A DNA stretch of 64,000 bases. It comes from Eledone cirrhosa. Taxonomy: Eukaryota. A model generated the notes under the pieces. That model made no database searches. It was not told the DNA's origin and saw only the letters and a program-made list of their open reading frames with translations. Shown one piece after another: positions 41,754-54,755 of the stretch. Numbering within the stretch: the stretch's first letter is position 1; every line of letters starts with the position of its first letter. The stretch spans positions 362,018,001 through 362,082,000 of the forward strand of contig OZ024742.1 of the NCBI GenBank assembly GCA_964016885.1, given 5' to 3'. The position numbers and the translations under genes were made by a program.

Positions 41754-42110
41754 AAATTGTATTTATTATTCAATTTTCAAGAATGTCACTTGTACGGAAT
41801 CGTTCAGTCTGTTTCTATGACTCTACGACACCAAACCGTTATGACTGAAACATAACTTGCTATTATTTTTCTGTCTATTTACTCAGGATCGCTCGAGTAG
41901 TTATATATCAAGTACTATTCTCTACTGTTTTACAATGGCTTCATCACTTCATTTCATACAATCTTCTCTCTATCACTCTCTCCTTGTCAGATAGAGATCC
42001 TCCCCCTTTCCACCTTTGCCGACACCCACACAGAGAGAATCTACTGATCTGATTCATATTTTCTTTTTTGCCCACCATTTGCGACTGAAATAAATATGTA
42101 TGTATGTATG

Positions 42111-43439
42111 TTTTATCTCTTTTTCTTAATTTCGAGTATATTTTTTGGACCGGCCACCTTCCTGGTGGCAAGGTTGTAAAAGAAAAGAAATTGTCATCCC
42201 TTGAATCGCAAGAATGTTTTGCAAATTTTGAAGGTGCCAGCTATCGCAGCCATTTGTAGACTATGAATTAGGGAGCTGCACTTTTTGTCCGCAAATCCAA
42301 GTTCAGTCATACTTTGGTCCAAGCGGGTTGGAATATAACCCGTAGCTCCAATAATGATGGGTATGAAGCTAAAGGTGTATCTTGGATACTGGATTTGTAA
42401 ACTCCTCATCAATGGTCCGTAGATGTCCTCCTTCTCCTGTATTTTTCTGACAACGTTTACATCAAGTGGGCAGCTGATCTCCACAACAGAACACGTTTTC
42501 AATGTGTGGTCCCAAACAACAATATTAGGCCGGTTGTGCTTTAATTTGGTGCCAGTTTTTATTTTCAGGTTCCACCAGTATTCCTTAGTGCCATCTGTCT
42601 CAATATATTCTTCCTCGTTTGTTGTTAATTTTGTTTTCCGAAGTGCGTTCCAGATGGTTCTAGCTATCCCATCGTGTCTCATGGGGAGGTAGTAGCGAGA
42701 TGACATTCTTTCGCAGCTGGCAACAATGTGGCTTACGTCCTCGATCTTTGTTTTACATAGCCTACATTTATTGTCAGCTGATGGCCCTCCCCTTTTGTGC
42801 AGCAGATATTTGGTAGGGAGTTCTTGTTCCTGTATTGCATAGAGATATCCCTCAAGGTGTGATGTCATAAACTTGTCGGAACTCCATGCCAGGCTTTGTG
42901 AGTGGTTTATCCGCTCTATGGTCTGTGTTTTACGTCTCAAGTATCCATGCACAACTTTTTCTGTAAATTGGTCAATTTTTTTATCTTGTTTGAACATTGA
43001 ATAGGATCTTCCGATTTCTCTGGGTGAGAGATTTATATCAGGCTTTATTCCATATCTCTCCTCCAGATCAGTCGCTATTCTAATGATATTTTTTTTTCAT
43101 GCTCATAAACCTGGGCAAGATGGTTGCCAACCTTTTTCTTCTGTTGAAGGTGTTGCTTCAGTGTTACTATCCGGGTCTCATATGTTGTTAATATGGATTT
43201 TAGACCCCGGCCTATCCACATCACCATTGATGTTAAAGTTCCCAGTAACACTGAGAAGTTTGCGAGTTCTAACATCCATCTCACTTAGTTCTTGCAATGA
43301 CCAGTTCAGCAGGCCAAATGTTGGCGTTAGAATTGGCACAGCATAAGTATTGTGGGCAACGTATTTGTTGTACGCTGACAGTTCTGATGACCATATTTTC
43401 TTTACTCTTCTGATGTATTCAGTTCTGGTTCTCTCCTTG
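42111..43439 (-). mobile_element. 5'-truncated R4/Dong-like LINE (CCHC finger and restriction-like endonuclease) flanked by (CATA)n
   Basis: CRLCKTKIEDVSHIVASC..RHD..RPNI..VEISCPLD..KEDIY; (TATG)n at 42095-42110 and 43439-43516. Confidence 0.85.
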
Positions 43440-43516
43440 TATGTATGTATGTATGTATGTATGTATGTATGTATGTATGTATGTATGTATGTATGTATGT
43501 ATGTATGTATGTATGT

Positions 43517-44365
43517 CAGGTCACCAGTTGGTGCTACTGGTAACATGTATCCCAGTACAACCTGTCTCATGGTCGGGTCGTTGGCGACTAAACTGGCAAC
43601 CCCACCAAGGTTTCTTGGTGAGGGTGACTTTGGACATCCTATAGGACTAAAAACAAAAGCTGTCAAAGGGCAAAGGAGCTCTTAAGTGTCAATGGCCATC
43701 CAAAATCACCGGAAGAGATGACCCGTTAGCCTTTGTCAAGGCAGAATTCTAGAAGAAGGAAAACTCTGATATAACACCTGCAACCCTGATGGTATCCAAT
43801 GATGTTGGCTTGTTCTTTTTGGTAAATATCATCTTGGTTAAGAGAGTGGGACTGGCTTTGTGCAGTGCCTTTGCTCACTATAAAAGCTTCACGGCACAGG
43901 CATTGCTTTATATCTGGAGATCTCTCTGCACTTGTTGTGACATGGTACCATGGGCCCAGCACTATGTGTCAATAATTGTCACAAGTGTAGTGTTTGTACC
44001 AGAGTTTTCAAGTCGCTGGCTGGACTAAAAAGCACACTCGTTCAGCGCATCGGTAGGGTTTCTCCTACATGGATATAAAGTAGTGGCCGTACTCGAAAAC
44101 GAGTTGGCAGCCACCACACCATGTATGTATGGGATAACTACGATATAAAACCTGCGGCTCAGTAGTTACCGATGATGTTGACCTTTTCTTCTTTTCGGGT
44201 TATAGCTACTGTCGCTCAGAGAGTGGGATTGGCTCAGTGCACTGTATTTCCTCACTATAAAAAATATCTTCACGCACAAGCATTGCACAATAGGATTAAT
44301 TAATAATTATTAATAATGGTATATCGTGCAATGGTCATACTCGATAACGAGGGGACAGCCATCAT
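43517..44365 (+). mobile_element. Cluster of short non-autonomous, RTE-related repeats within (TATG)n
   Basis: 43517-43710 matches 45581-45773. 43845-43905 matches 44220-44285. Tails GG.C.TACTCGA.AACGAG..G.CAGCCA occur twice. Confidence 0.5.
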
Positions 44366-44386
44366 GTATGTATGTATATATATATG

Positions 44387-45279
44387 TTCTGGTTTTATAA
44401 TTTCACAAATTTTTGCCAATAGAGTGAGAGAGTCGGTTTCTAACATAGACACAAGACTCTCTCATTGGAATTTACACAACATCAACTAGGTAGATATGTA
44501 TGTATGTATGCATGTGTAGATATCGATGTTATTGTATGTGTTGATGTGTATGTTTTGAGTCGCATATGTGCATGTGTATATGCTTTGTATCTGTATAAGT
44601 GTATATGCAGTTATTAGATGAAGATATTTTGGAATGTTTTACACATTTTTACTGTTCCATTAATGGATTGTACTTGTAATTTCCTAACTAGTTGTGTTCT
44701 TTTTGGTCCTGTGAAGCCTAGCTTCTCAAGATTTGTATTGAGGCAGTTACTAACATATCTCAGTGCCCCAATAATCACAGGCATAAATCTGAAGGTGTAA
44801 TCAGGGTAGGGTATCTGCAGATTTCTCATCAGTTCTGCATAAATATTCTCCTTTTCGCTAATCTTTGATATTATATTGGCATCTGCTGGACAGCTAACTT
44901 CCACTACTGTGCATGCCTTCTTTTCCCTGTCCCATATAATATCTGGTCTGTTATGCCTGCATTTTATTGGGGTTTTTACTGGAACATTCCACCAGTACTC
45001 TTTCATATTATCTACATGGATGTCTTCCACATTGTTGTAGCTTTTAATGTGTTTATTATCGGGGCTATCTTTTCTACGGATTGCATTGTACAGTGTTTTG
45101 GCCACTACATCATGCCTCATAGGTAGATAGTACCGCGATGACATCTTTGGACAGCTGCTTATGATATGGGTGACATCTTCGATGTTAATTCTGCAGAGTC
45201 TGCACTTGTTATCACATCTAGGTGTTTTGCCTGAATCCCTATTTCTTTTGTTAATCAGGTATTTCGTGTTGATTTCCTT
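44387..45279 (-). mobile_element. R4/Dong-like LINE 3' fragment in (CATA)n; a further 3' UTR-only copy at 45306-45537
   Basis: MSSRYYLPMRHD..RPDII..VEVSCPAD..KENIY; the 3' UTR is duplicated in tandem. Confidence 0.85.
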
Positions 45280-46730
45280 ATATGTATGTATGTATGTATG
45301 TATGTTCTTCTGGTTTTATAATTTCACAAATTTTTTCCCAATAGAGAGAGAGTCGGTTTCTAACATAGACACAATACTTTCTCATTGGAATTTACACAAC
45401 ATCAACTAGGTAGATTATGTATGCATGCATGTGTAGATATGGATGTTATTGTATGTGTGGATGTATATGTTTTGAGTTGTATGTGTGCACGTGTATATGC
45501 TTTGTATCTGTACATGTGTATATACAGTTATTAGATGTATGTATGTATGTATGTATGTATGTATGTATGTATGTATGTATGTCGGGTCACTCTTGAGTGC
45601 TACTGGTAACATATAACCCAGTAGAACCTGTAAAAAAGTCGGGTCGTCGGCGACTAAACCAGCAACCCCACCAAGATTACTTGGTGAGGAGGGTGATTTC
45701 GGCCACCCTGCGGGACAAAAAAGCAAAACCTGACAAAGGGCGGAAGAACTCATGAGAGTCAACGGCTATCCAAATATGTGTAAATATGTATATACACATG
45801 TACATCTGTATATATATGTATATATGTATATGCATGTGTGCATGTGTATGTATATGTGCGGGGACATAGAAAAAGTCGGGCTGGACACCCGATCGCGTGG
45901 TTAAACCATTGGGAGGGAAGTACCCCTAGCTTATGTCAGGGCATTGTTCTAGGACACAGGTCCTCGACCCATTTCGCCCAAACGCTCGAAATCATGAAAC
46001 GCCCCGCTATCCTATTTTTCAATTTGTCAATATACTACTAATTTTGATATCAATAGATTATTAAAAAATTAACAATATTACAAAGATACCATTGCAGACA
46101 GCTGAGAGTATAAATACATTCCTTGAAAGGAAGTATATAAATTTCAATAAAAGGAACATAAATGTTCTTTTTTATGAATAAGGACCAGTTGAATTTGTTA
46201 TATTCCCACCAGGCGATACTAGCTATTTTGAACATTTATACAAGAGCAACTCTGTCTATCCAAAGAGTGCTCTTATCTGGAAGAAAGTAGCAATTATATC
46301 ATTTCAAAGCTTTCCAATTTTCCCTTTAATGAAACGGACAGAATAAATGTTGATATCTAACTTGATGTTCCCTCCGCTTTGTGAGCTTAGAGACCACGGA
46401 AGAGGGCTTTCTTGACCACGTAAGAGGGTATATTTATTTGTAAATGGTAAAATATATACAACAAATGAGTAAGTGAATTGTGGTAGATGGTTTCCAGTCC
46501 AGTCAAACTGTAACTATAAATCAAAATAATTGTTAGTTTGCTTCGTAACAATAGCATATCTTTTTTTTCGGATAAATCGACTTGCTTTAATTTTGACCTC
46601 ATTTCAATGGAGTTTAGCTAACTCTTTGACGTCAGGGTGGATTTTCGTAAGTTGTAGCCGGAGATCTCCACGTGTAATTACATTGTAGCGGTTGCGAAAA
46701 GCTCAGATTTACATTTCTTTCTGTCTTTCT

Positions 46731-46896
<166 letters not shown>

Positions 46897-47054
46897 TAAT
46901 TAGTATACTTCAATCTGGCTAAATTTTCTTTTGCAATATATATATACAGATGTGTTGGTATCTGTGTTTCATCACATATATATTAGTTTATCCACGGCTC
47001 AGGGGTATTTTCCTCCTTCGAGCTAATTCCATTGTAAAAGAATTCATTACCTTA

Positions 47055-47154
<100 letters not shown>

Positions 47155-48022
47155 CGTGCGCGTGTCTTTACGTGTGTATATATAGGTGTGAGTGTGTAAG
47201 CACGTGCGAGTGTATGTGGTTGTTATGTACATATGAATGTGTGTGTATGCATGTATGTACATGTATGTATACGTCTGTTTGTATATATATACATGTATGT
47301 GTGTGTATATATATATATGTATATAAGAGAGTGTCTGTGTGTATATATGTGTGTTCTATGTATGTATATGTGTGTACACGCATATATGCGTAAGTGGGCT
47401 CCTGTGTCTGGGTGTATGTATGGGTATATAGATGTCTGTGCGCATCTCTACGCCTATGTCTGTCTGCTGTTGAATTTCTACATCTTACAAATACCATCCG
47501 CAACCACACAATCCCTTTCTTTAATTCTTTGACAAAAACATGAAATGTCTTTACCGACACGATAAACTAGCACTGGGTCGTCCAAGCGTGCCCCACCCAA
47601 CAACCCCCTGCTTCCTGTTTACACGAAAACAAGTTTTTGACTGACCAATACACATTCCAAAACGCGTCCACACGTGCGCACACACACACGAATCCTTAAT
47701 TGCTCGCGCGCTCACGTAAACAATCACATGAATATCGGTGAATACACACCCGCATTGCCGCCCCACCAATTACACCAAAATACACACATACGCCCACACA
47801 CAAAAAAAACAGGGCTGACTCCTATATATATATACATTATCGACCCACATACCACAACAAAAACATATCTTTTGTCGCATCACCAGTCTAAGGAGCAGAT
47901 CGATACTGGAGTCGGATCGTAGCTCCTATGGGTCACCTTGAGCCAATCCTCTGCGAAACGCGCGTAAAAGTTCGATATGCAATAAATATTTTCATATGTA
48001 AACGAAATTTCCTTGTTTTTTC

Positions 48023-48079
<57 letters not shown>

Positions 48080-48271
48080 TAGCAAGATTCTTTATCTGAA
48101 AACGTGTGTTGAAACCGATATTGTTATACTTTGGGAGGGCCATGTTGCCAATAAGAAACACACGCACCAGTTGCTTTCACTTCAAGTTATTATAATAAAT
48201 TTATAAATTTAGGAATTTATAAATTTCCGGTTGGTTGGTTGGTTCCACAACCAGATGGTTGTTTATATATT

Positions 48272-48314
48272 GTCAAAGTTCTTTCGTCATACATTCTGTG
48301 ACCTCTTCAGTGAC
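48272..48314 (-). ncRNA. Type I hammerhead ribozyme downstream of a GIY-YIG ORF
   Basis: Minus strand gtca CTGAAGA g-gtca-cagaatgta-tgac GAAA gaac TT tgac. Confidence 0.8.
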
Positions 48315-48555
48315 TGGGGATTCTTTTCTTTGTTTTTGTGCCTCTCCTTTGTTCTGTCCTACCCCATCTTGTTTCTGTGTGTGTGTTGTGTGCTGAGTCT
48401 GCACATGCGCCACATCTGGGTGTCTGTGTGTGTTTATATTCGTTTATTTATTTGTTTATTTACATGTTACTGGTTGGTTGTTTGTTCTATGTGCGTGTGT
48501 GTTTTCATTTTCTCCTTAATTGTAAGTTGTGATGTTGCTGTTCCACTCATGTTTT

Positions 48556-48852
48556 CTATTTAATTTTTGGTTGTAATTCTTTTATGTTTATTGCCTCTGT
48601 GATTTGTCTAAACATTGCGTCTTTTCTGTGTGTAGATTCTATTTTTATTTCTATGTTCTCTAATTTACCCTTGTGTTCTATTTTAGCATGTTGGTAGAGT
48701 ACAGATGATTCTTTACTATCTTGAAGGTCTCGCCAGTGTTCATTTATCCGTTCCCCTACACTACGAGATGTCTCACCTATGTACACTATATTTTTATCTC
48801 TACATTGTCCTTCAGTACATCTTATGCTATACACTACATTTCTAGTTTTAAA
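48556..48852 (-). pseudogene. Penelope-like GIY-YIG endonuclease fragment
   Basis: NVVYSIRC..C..YIGETSRSVGERINEH..S.LYQH..H..RQITEAINI..P. Confidence 0.85.
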
Positions 48853-48954
48853 AGATAAGTTTTTGTTGTGGTATGTGGGTCGATAATGTATATATATATA
48901 GGAGTCAGCCCTGTTTTTTTTGTGTGTGCGTATGTGTGTATGTGGGCGTAGGGC

Positions 48955-48999
<45 letters not shown>

Positions 49000-49187
49000 T
49001 GTGTGTATACAATTACGCGTTGTCATCAATTGTAGAACCCACTGAAAACGATATTGCCCAAGTCAATATAAAATGCTACTTTATAGAATTATCTGCCGTC
49101 TTTTCTTTCAACCGGTTGCCAAATATAAATAAATAAATAAATAAATACACACACACACACACATTTATATATATATATAATATATAT

Positions 49188-49257
<70 letters not shown>

Positions 49258-50029
49258 CATACATACCTACATATATATGTACACACACACACATATATGT
49301 CTGTGTGTGTGTATGTATGTATGTATGTATGTATATATGTATGTATGAATAATAAACAGCGCTTCTTTGTGTGATAAGGACGCTATAGCAGAAAGAACTG
49401 TAACTTTATATTTCTAGCTCGATCTTGATCCAATTCCAATCTCTACTTAACAGGATCATTTAGCATTATCTGCTAAAGTACTTTCCTGGCATTATTGTCT
49501 CTTTCTGACAAACATTCCAGTGGTTTTGTTTAACAAGTGCGCCAAAAATACTTACTTCACACTCCAGTGGATTTTTATTAATGTGTTCATAGCAAAAGTA
49601 TGATATCTGGACAGAATAGAATTTACACAATAGACTCACCGTGAGTTTACTGATCCATAAACTCCTAATGATGACGTAGAGGTGTCGTTGTAATAGCTTG
49701 AACATTTTAGTTTAGCAGTGCACATAAATCTCCAGGTTAGAGCATTTCCTCCAAAGAGAGAGAGAGAGGGAGAGAGAGAGAGAGAGGAGTGGGGGAAGAC
49801 GAATCGTCCCCAGTATCGATGAATGGCAGAGATAGTCCCGGTGGGATTTGAGTTCAGAACGTCAATAGCTAGAAGAAATATTTCGGAGTATTTTGTTCTG
49901 TGTTCTAACGACTCTACCGATTCGCCACATCCTCCCTGTCCCCGCAGTTTAATATAATAGAAAATTAATGAAAAATTGCTATTACCAGCGACCACTTCAT
50001 GCTATTTTATGCTATCTCTGGTGCTTCCT

Positions 50030-50600
50030 TGACGGTGAACAGGTGTGGTCGCCGTTCGCCAGGCACGTTTTTCCCTCAGCTCGTCTCCTTGACGGAACTG
50101 CAGTCCTGGGTCAGGAAAAGACCGAGAGATAGCGCTTGGAAACTGGAATGTCTCCAAGCGCTCACTGCCCTCTGCCAGTTGGGCACCAGTATCGGTGGAA
50201 CATCCACCTCGGCGTTCTATAGAGGACTAGTGGAGGGGAAGAGCGACGACGTTCTCGGAGAGATCCTGGGAGTCGAAGAAAATCAGTTTGCTCTCTTCCA
50301 GAAAACTTTCAGCCCAGGGCCTATGGATAACTTCCAGAAATCCCTGGCCTAGCAGTGCTACCGGGGAGTTTTGCCGGTTCGAGATAAGCTCTACAGGCAC
50401 GGAAGAGCCGTCAGCCGAGCCTGTCCGAGATGCGCGCAGAGCGACGAAACCGCCATGCACGCACTCGTTCAGTGCCCGAGCATTGCTGACATGTGGAGCT
50501 ATGTCGAACAGTTGCTGTCCCGTGTAGGACCGATCCGGTTATCGAATGAGTCCATTGTGCAGATGGTCTCGCCGTCTTCCCCCGAGGAGGTAGGGCAAAA
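50030..50600 (+). mobile_element. Tx1-like LINE ORF2 3' fragment
   Basis: FPQLVSLTELQSWV..LPVRDKLYRH..CPRC..ETAMHALVQC; paralog of 53660-54210. Confidence 0.85.
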
Positions 50601-53600
50601 ACAAGCCAAACGATACAAACTACACAGCATTAAATTTGAACAACAACTGAGTTCAAATCCCGCCGAGGTTGACTTTGCCTTTCATCCTTACGGGGTCGAT
50701 AAAATAAAGTACCAGTAATGCACTGGGTATTTGCTGGCCTTGTGCCTAAAGTAGAAACAATTAAATTTGAACAACAACCAATGATTACACTACATCCAAC
50801 ACAACACCAGAATCACAGAAAAAGACTACACAACACCCCAAAAGTTCACACCACCTCCACACATACAAATCACTCGCATCACACAGAAAACGTACACGAC
50901 ACTAAAACAAAAATTCCCCAAAGACATCGGAAACTTCCGAAAAACACTCTCCAGGAAGATTTATAAGGACATCCTTCCGGAGCAGGCCACAAGCAGCGAA
51001 AAGGATGGAAAACCATCCTTCCTCTACGAGAAGTAAGGTAAGTGGTCTGTCCCATCTTTTCAACTCCTTTTCAACATGACCTCACTCAGAATAGGCGTGG
51101 TAAATGCGCGAGGCTTGGGGGTGGTCATGGAAGCAGGGCCACCTGATCAACGACCTCAGGTCACTAAACATAGATGTAGTGACCATCAGCGAGACCAGAA
51201 TCTCCGAAGCACGGGCCTTCGCAACGATTTTCGGCGGCTACGATGTGTACGCATCTCCCAGCCGTCCTGGATCTGGGGGAGGAGTTGCTGTGCTTTTTCG
51301 GTTTGGATCTCGCCATACGGGCCATTTCCTGGAGCCAGAAGGTAAGTTGGTGTTGCTGGACGTGACCAGCGGAGACGGGCAAGCTTTCAGGCTAGTGGCC
51401 GTCTATGCCCCGACAGGAGCAGGGCGGCCTGATTTCTTCTGGCGTCTGGAGACCTTTCTTGGAACGTCCCGCTCTTTAGTGTTAGTGGGCGACTGGAACG
51501 GGATCTTAGATGCACGTTGGGACTGTGTGGGATTAGCGGATAGGGGAGGAGGGTGTAAGAGCCTCACGAACCTGCTCGGTAATTTTGAACTGTCTGACAG
51601 GTGCCAATTGGATTTCCCGAATGTGCCAATGTGGACTTGGACAAACCACGTCGGGTCATCCAGATCATATCTAGATAGAATATTTTGTAGGGAAATAGAT
51701 AGGTCTAGCATAGGCTGTCCACAATTCAAGATAGTCAGCTACCCTGACCACAAATTCGTGATCTGTGTGGTTGACTTAGATAGGCTTCATAGACGAGGAC
51801 CCGGCTACTGGAAGCTAAACGCCTCCTTACCAGCGCGCAAGGCCCACAGAGACCGGATTAGCGAACTAGTTAAGCGGGCGTTGACGGGGCCATCGTCAAC
51901 AAGTGCTGGTTTGCTCTGAAAAGAGCGATTAGAATAGAGTCTACTAGGTTTAGTAAGACTTTAGCTATAGAGAAAAATAGAGCAGATGGAGAACTAGTTA
52001 GAAAATTAGACGAGGCGCTTAGCAAAGGCATCGCGACCGACGTACTTGCGGCGAAATTAGGCCATTGACCAATTCTTCAATGCAAAGCACGAAGGCTGCG
52101 TTGTCAGAGCTAGGGTGCGTGCTCTCAGACACGAGGGGATGAAATCCGTTCAATGGGCCCGAGTGGCGGAGGCGCGTCGTGGCAACAAAACCACACCCGG
52201 TCTTTGGTGGACCACGACGGGCGCATGCTCCTCGATCCCGGGCAAATGTGTGAAGCTTTTCAGCGACACTTCGCTCAGCTGTTCGAGGGCAGCGGCGAGG
52301 CGGATCGAGGGATGGACTTTAGTGCGTACCTCGACGAACTGCCGCGGCTCTCGGCCATTGAGGCGGAGTATTGTGTAGAGCCGATGACAGCTGAAGTACG
52401 GGAGGCAATGATTGGCTGCACAAGGGTAAATTGCCTGGTTTGGATGGTCTGCCCTATGAACTTTACGTACAGATGCCTGACTTGTTCGGAGGCCTCTTGG
52501 CGGACGTCTACTGCAACTGGCAACAGTACGGGAGAATTCCCAGCTCTGTGAGCCAAGGAGCTGTGGTGCTGCTGAGAAAGGATCCGAAGGGGGATAACAT
52601 TGATAATTGCAGGCCCATAACTTTGCTAAACACAGAATTCAAGATTTTTGCCAAGGTGCTAGCAAAGAAGTTGGCGCTTGTCTTTGGTGGTCTGGTGGGA
52701 GAGGCGCAGACATGCGCCATTCCAGACAGATCCATCCATGACAACCTCCACCTCATGCGATACATCGTAGAGAGGGTAGCTAGGGCACCTGGCACGGGTG
52801 GGTCCTTGATAAATTTAGATCAGTCGAAAGCTTTCGATAGGGTCGACCATCGTTACCTAGCGGCAGTCCTGAAGGCGGCTGGCTTTGGGCCCGTCTTTAG
52901 AGGCTGGATCGCTGCGATGCACAGCGACATCTGCTCTGTGGTGAGAGTGAACGGTCATCTTTCGGAACCGTTCAACATCATGCGCTCGGTCCGCCAAGGA
53001 TGTCCCCTCTCGTCCCTCTTGTAGGTATTGACTCTCGAGCCATTACTGCACAAACTGGAGACGTTGAAGGGGGTCCCGCGCGAACTAGGATGCGGAAGAT
53101 CCGTGTCAGCATATGCGGACGATGTCACCGTAGTGGTGTCGAACGCCAAACACATCGAGGCGATCGGCACTACACTAAGAGAATACGAAGCGGTGACAGG
53201 AGCAATGATCAACCAGCAAAAGTCAGTGGGCCTGCAGCTCGGCACATGGAGAGGCAGGCCCATGCCGTCCAACAGCGTCGTCGGGCGCTGGACGGACGGA
53301 CCGGTTAAATTGCTAGGGGTCTGGTTCGGTTCGGACCTCCAGACTGACAAAAACTGGGACGAGGTGACGAGCAGGGTGGCTTTCCTCACCCAGAAATGGG
53401 GGAAGCTATCCCTGAAAGGTCGAGCAGAGGTGGCTGACGCATACATCGCGTCCGTCATCTACTACCGCCTGACCGTCGTACCTTGTCCTAAGTTCGCCTG
53501 ACTGCGCTGGAGCGTTTGCTCTTTTGCTATTTGTCGAAGGGACGCGCTCCGATGGTCAGGCGGTCCATCTGCTGTCAACACCCGCTACGTGGAGGGCTGG

Positions 53601-54684
53601 GAATGCCGTGGATGATGATGCGCAGACACGCGCTCAGGCTACGACATGTCTTCCTGGACGGTGATCAGGTGTGGTCGCCGCTTGCTAGACGCGTCTTTCC
53701 CCAGCTCGTCTCCTTGACGGAGCTGCAGTCCTGGGTCAAGCGAAGACCGAGAGGGAGCGCTTGGAGACTGGAATGTCTTCAGGCGCTCACAGCCCTCGAC
53801 CAATCGGGCAATGTGATCGGTGGAAACTCTACCTCGGCGTTCTATAGAGGATTAGTGGAGGGGAAGAGCGACGACGTACTTGGGGAAACTCTAGGCGCCG
53901 ACGAAAATCAACTAGCCAATCTCTTCGGAAGAACTTTCGGGCTGGGGCCTATGGACAACTTCCAGAAATCCCTGGCCTGGCAGTGCTACCGAGGAACTTT
54001 GCCAGTTCGGGATAAACTCTACAGGCATGGAGGTGACGTCAGCCGGGCATGTCCGATATGCGCGCAGGGCGACGAAACCGTCCTGCACGCACTCGTCCAA
54101 TGTCCTAGCATTGATGACTTGTGGGTTTATGTCGAACACCTGCTGTCGCGTGTAGGACGGGTCCAGCTATCAGCTGAGTCCATCGTTAGGATTGCCCCGC
54201 CCCCTTTAGCCGGGAAAGGCAGGCAGTTTTTTATCTGTCTGGTGGCCATGGCGAAAGAGATAGTATGGTGGACACGTTTGAAAGGGCTGAAGACGAGCAC
54301 TTACCTCTTCGGTGATGCCCTGATTAACTTTTTCAAATTTCATTTGAAAAGGAAAATCAGGGTAGAGAGGGAAGTGCTCTCTTTCCAGCATTTTGTTGAA
54401 AGATGGGTGAGAGAAGCAAGAATGGCCCGTACTCTGAGTATGTGTCTGTAAATTAAAGGTGGAAAACTGGGAGAGGGCACTTGCCCTGGTGGTCAGGGTC
54501 ACTGTGGCCTTTTAATGGGCTTTCTCCACAAATGTCCTTCGGAAGTCTCCCCCCATGTTTTTTTTTGTTACATCCTCTGTTTTTGTTTTTTACACGCAGA
54601 AATGCCAATTTGTACCGTCCTGTATTGTCCTGTACTGTCCTTAATGTCTACTTTATGTAAACCCCTGTGGTTAATAAAGAAAGC
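50601..54684 (+). mobile_element. Tx1/L1-group LINE: ORF1 tail and frameshifted ORF2 (APE, RT, zinc finger), ends in (ATT)n
   Basis: NARGL..SETR..VYAP..GDWN..SYLDRI..DH..WKLN; RPITLLNTEFKIFAK..DQSKAFDRV..RQGCPLS..YADDV; AATAAA then (ATT)n. Confidence 0.9.
50648..50759 (+). mobile_element. 5'-truncated SINE family A with 19-bp TSD
   Basis: ATTAAATTTGAACAACAAC at 50629-50647 and 50760-50778. Confidence 0.9.
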
Positions 54685-54755
54685 ATTATTATTATTACTG
54701 GGTAATTGCTGGCCTTGTGCCTAAAGTAGAAACAATTATTATTATTATTATTATT

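Noticed and set aside
43517-43610. HDV-like ribozyme in the repeat also found at 45581
   Set aside because: A P4-like hairpin and CTAA are present, but I could not build P1 and P1.1, and the putative P2 is not kept in the second copy.
46620-46700. Promoter (GACGTCA and CACGTG motifs)
   Set aside because: Short motifs are expected by chance and no linked gene is evident.
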